DNA from: Yuukianura sp. NJ FZ-2021
Taxonomy: Eukaryota
Assembly: GCA_046563655.1 (NCBI GenBank)
Contig: CM102285.1
Coordinates: 1,364,001-1,428,000 of the forward strand
DNA: 64,000 bases
Direction: 5' to 3'
Below the pieces are notes generated by a model. It searched no databases. It was not told the origin of the DNA and saw only the letters and a program-made list of their open reading frames with translations. A program made the position numbers and the translations under genes. Of this stretch, positions 60,199 to 64,000 are shown one piece after another (positions within the stretch are counted from its first letter, which is position 1; every line of letters begins with the position of its first letter).

Positions 60199-62307
60199 TC
60201 AAAATGTAATGATAAGGAAAATTGTATTTTGAAGAATAATGTCTCCGAAGAGATGGAGAACGTAGTGTTTCGTTTGTAGTGCAAAGTGTGGCCCCACTTT
60301 TATGTACAGCGGTAATTTTGACTTCCAGAATTTTCGATTATACTTTCCCCAATTCTGATCCGTTTGTTTTTCACTGCCAATTTTACAACAGGCCGAAGAG
60401 TGCGTATGCAGGGACACAGATAGTTCTACACACATTTTCAAAATAAACGCAATAGCAATAGCTGAACACAAAACGACAGAAAGCACAAGGATAACAGATT
60501 CAAGCGGATATTTAAATAGTTTGAACGGTGCGTACAGAAGTACAGTGAGCAGAGCGGAAGCGGCATAAAGGCAGAATTCTACAATTCCTGAAAAAGTATG
60601 GTTGACCCATGTCAGGTAAACTTGCTCAACATTGTATCTACGTTGGATTGGATTCACTACATCCCAAGTGGTGGCTGTGTATAGCATTTTACTGAAAAAA
60701 AAAACAAAATAGGAAAGAGTACGTTGGTACCATGTATACATAAAAGTATATTTTTAGTGTGGTATACGCCATCAAATAGAGTAATTTTATGGTGCAAAAG
60801 GGAATATTAAATGTTATAAGCAAGGATGTCAAAAATATTTAGTCTCCATATCATAATGTTAATAAAAAAAATATTTCGGAATTTTTGTGATATTATTTGT
60901 CATTATTACATCATATTATATTATTATTATATTATGTTAAATATTTATTTATTATTTATTTGCCCTTAATGTTGAATCAATAAATATTTGGGCGGTTTAT
61001 AAAAAAAAAATTTTTGGTCAATATTTCGGGAGTCTTTAGCACATATTTTTGACAACCCTGAAGCATTGTAAGCGAAAAGGCTCAAAATTTGAATTAATCT
61101 ATACCTTAGTTGACGCATGCCAAGTCGACTGGAGTTTAAGTACAGCATAGAACATATTGTATATACAGAAACAGCGAATCCGGCTCCTAAACCCGAAAAG
61201 CACCCCATAACTGTATACATTACGATCCCTCCATGGTACATGATGTACTTAAAAATTTCAGTTCCAAATTTTGGCTCATTTCCGACAACTCTTGCGTATA
61301 CTTGGAACGGGAGTTGTGATAGTTCATTGTTTGTGAAGTAAAAGAAAATTAAGGTTCCAGGGGTAACCAAGTAGCGATAGACGGTGAACAACAAATTTAG
61401 CAGTTTTATTCCGCTCTCAAATTTTACAACTTCAGATGTGCCTTTTGTTTCTATAAATAAGTAGTAAGTAAATTTTATTTAAATTTCAAAAACAGGAAGC
61501 TGTGGAAGGCAAAAACAATATGTTGCATTAAAAATAAATTCGGGAATTTATTTGTCTGTCTGTAATGGGGCATCTTTAAGATCGTGTTTAAAAAATTTCG
61601 ATCCCAAGAATGTTCTATTACTGGGAAGTTTGCGTTTCAAATGATTTACAGAAGTTATACAAAGTATAGAATTAAGCAAGTCCCGCCTCTTTTCACCATA
61701 TGTAACCCGTTTTGTTAGGCTCCCGCGATTGGTTGATTTCAAATCTGTGATGTCACTTTTCAAACTTTTCTCATTTATGGCACTTATGTTCCGTGTTTAT
61801 AAATTTGGGAAATCCGAAAAGTTTATAAAGTGATGTCACTCCATTCTATACTTTCTATAAGTTCTATAAATGATTTATAAATATTCATAAAGTGAATTCC
61901 CTATTACTAACTCTGAATTTTGTAATTTCTGATTCACCTTCAAGTATATAAATTTTGATGTAAGAGCCCACAAGACCGGGAAAAACGTTGATATATTTTA
62001 AGTACCAAATTTGGTTTCCAATTAGCATAGTTTCGAGTGCAATTATTAGAACAAACGCCATCACTAGCACTGGTTTCTCTACATATGGGATGCCAAATAC
62101 AGCACAAAAGAATATTACACTTAAGTTCACACTTAAGCTAATCAAATTTGTAGCCCAAACAATGGCACTTTTCATTTTAGGCCGTTTAGATTTTACAATA
62201 CGATAATAAGATTCAGCGTCTTTTTGAATATAAAAATTACAGCAATGCCAAAAAAATCCAGCGCGAATTGTGTGCAAAGCAGGTTCTAAATAGCGTGAAT
62301 TGGTCAT
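60199..62307 (-). CDS. GR/OR-like multi-TM protein (3 exons), divergent from the pair at 48-52 kb
   Basis: Hydrophobic exons ~62307-61938, ~61450-61104, ~60691-60199; C-terminus KLPLYIKVGPHFALQTKHYVLHLFGDIILQNTIFLIITF parallels the other two receptors. Confidence 0.6.
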
Positions 62308-64000
62308 TGTTCTAACAAATTTACACCTTAGAACTGACTTTTTTTTGGCTACTAATATCTTGGCATACTTAGCACGACTAAATTTGTAAAGTAAACTTCT
62401 TTTCCTCTGTATGTGATTGGCCCCTCGATATTCTCTTCTACTAAACTATGTATGACCACTTAATGAAAAACGTTAAAGAAGTTTTCTCCTAAAAATTTAA
62501 CGCTTGGAAACAGCCAACCTGAGTAAATGTTTGGAATTTAATTGCTTATTAGTATAATGCAACGTAAACGACAACATTCCTAATATCAAATGGCTAGAAA
62601 TGTTATCATCGAATCAGTTTTTATTCCTAGGTCTCATTTACAACGGTTTATTAAAATAGCTAGAGTTATATTAATAGTCTTCTACATGTCTGTATGTCTG
62701 TCGTACATTCACGCAATTATCTCAGAAGTTTTATTTTTACGGAACAGAAAACTTGATACTTTTCCTATCAACTCTCCCTCAACAATTTCCCTGGGATTTT
62801 CTCACACAAATTTTGACCTTTGTCCTGGAGAAAGTATAAATTGGTAGAGGAAAAATGTGTGGAAGTTGTCTTTGTCGAGAGAAAAAAGTAGAAAATCGCC
62901 TTGACAACTGTCTGAATCAGACAGTCAAAGTCTGATAATCAACGCTTTCCCGGGAAAAAAGTAGGATTGAGTTCAACTTTGGAAAACGCGAGGAGAAGAC
63001 AAAGTTACGGAAAAGCATAAATTGTTTTCCCAAGAAATCCGTTTCCCTCTCGTCTCCCAGCAAACGGTTTGCCATTGAGGGAAAAAAGTATAAATTGCGT
63101 TCCCCATTCGTTGCCAGGAAAATTTTCCGGCAAAACGGCGAGTATAAATTGGGCTTTAGGAAAAAAAATTCCAGACAACAAAACTGGTTGCTAATTTTTG
63201 TCATGCACATCTAGGCGTGTAGATATGCTAAAACAGATTGAACACACCGTAGCTTTCGTTTAATATGATGTAGTTTTGGACTAGCCTACAGCTTTTGCAG
63301 TCCACCAAATCCTTTCCTTAAGTTTGGCCATCAATTTTCCAGGGTTTCGTCCATACGTTCTTGATCCAATAATTAAAAAAGAATTATCGGTTTCCATTTT
63401 TTTTACAGCAGGCAGAAAGTAAAAAAAAAACAGTTCAGTTCCCTGCATATTTCATACAATTTCCTTCATTCCATCGAAAGGCACTGAATAAGGGAAATGA
63501 GATAGTCCATAATTTCAAAAATGTTTAGCCCACTTGTGTGAATTTTTTAATATAAATAAGACAAAATACTTCCAGCCCTTTGTATGTTCTGCACAACTTT
63601 TCAAAAATTCCTCTCCTTAAAAAGGTTTCATAAGAATTTGAAAATTGTATTCAATTATTTGTAAGCGTCAGACATTTCACTTTAGAAAACTTGAAAATTT
63701 TTTTAACCTAACTTTAAGCTGAGTGGAAAGCTCAAATTAGTTGTTGATTAGGCTGGTTCGGTGGAAGATTTCCTTAAAATGTTATCCAAAACAACTTGGG
63801 ACTACGCCTTAAAAACTTTCAATGCTGGGCACAAGTGGAAAATTTACCCCTTTCAAATAATTTTGACTAAAGAAGGATACGTCGTTAAAATAAATTCTCA
63901 AAATTTTTTAATTTCCAAACTGGTGACGCAAGCCAGCCTATGTGTAAACGTTTTGCTAATGGTACTGTACGTCTATGGATGTGTTGCGTTCAACAAAAAT

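Overview
AT-rich eukaryotic (animal) genomic DNA with short GT-AG introns. The gene content (Rel/dorsal, clan-2-type P450s, GR/OR-like receptors, NRPS-like gene) suggests an arthropod, possibly a springtail; this is inference only. Left to right: two tandem DGAT2/MOGAT-family acyltransferases; a small secreted-peptide gene; XRN1; an NRPS-like A-T-R (adenylation-thiolation-reductase) gene with an intronless CDS; an array of calmodulin-like EF-hand genes (7 copies in the window) interleaved with two tandem P450s, a defensin-like exon and a decayed copy of the NRPS reductase domain; a 7.1 kb Ty3/gypsy-type LTR element (identical 488 bp LTRs, AATAG TSD, gag and protease, RT-RNaseH-IN deleted, decayed class III-like env) inserted in the 3' UTR of a secreted-protein gene; a Cys-rich secreted protein; two more EF-hand genes; GR/OR-like receptors; an SCCPDH-like gene; and dorsal/Rel. 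The two best candidates for an undescribed system are (1) the NRPS-like reductase + EF-hand + P450 locus, a possible animal small-molecule biosynthetic/defence cluster, and (2) the env-bearing, pol-deleted yet recently mobile LTR element. All calls come from reading motifs by eye; no database searches were run.
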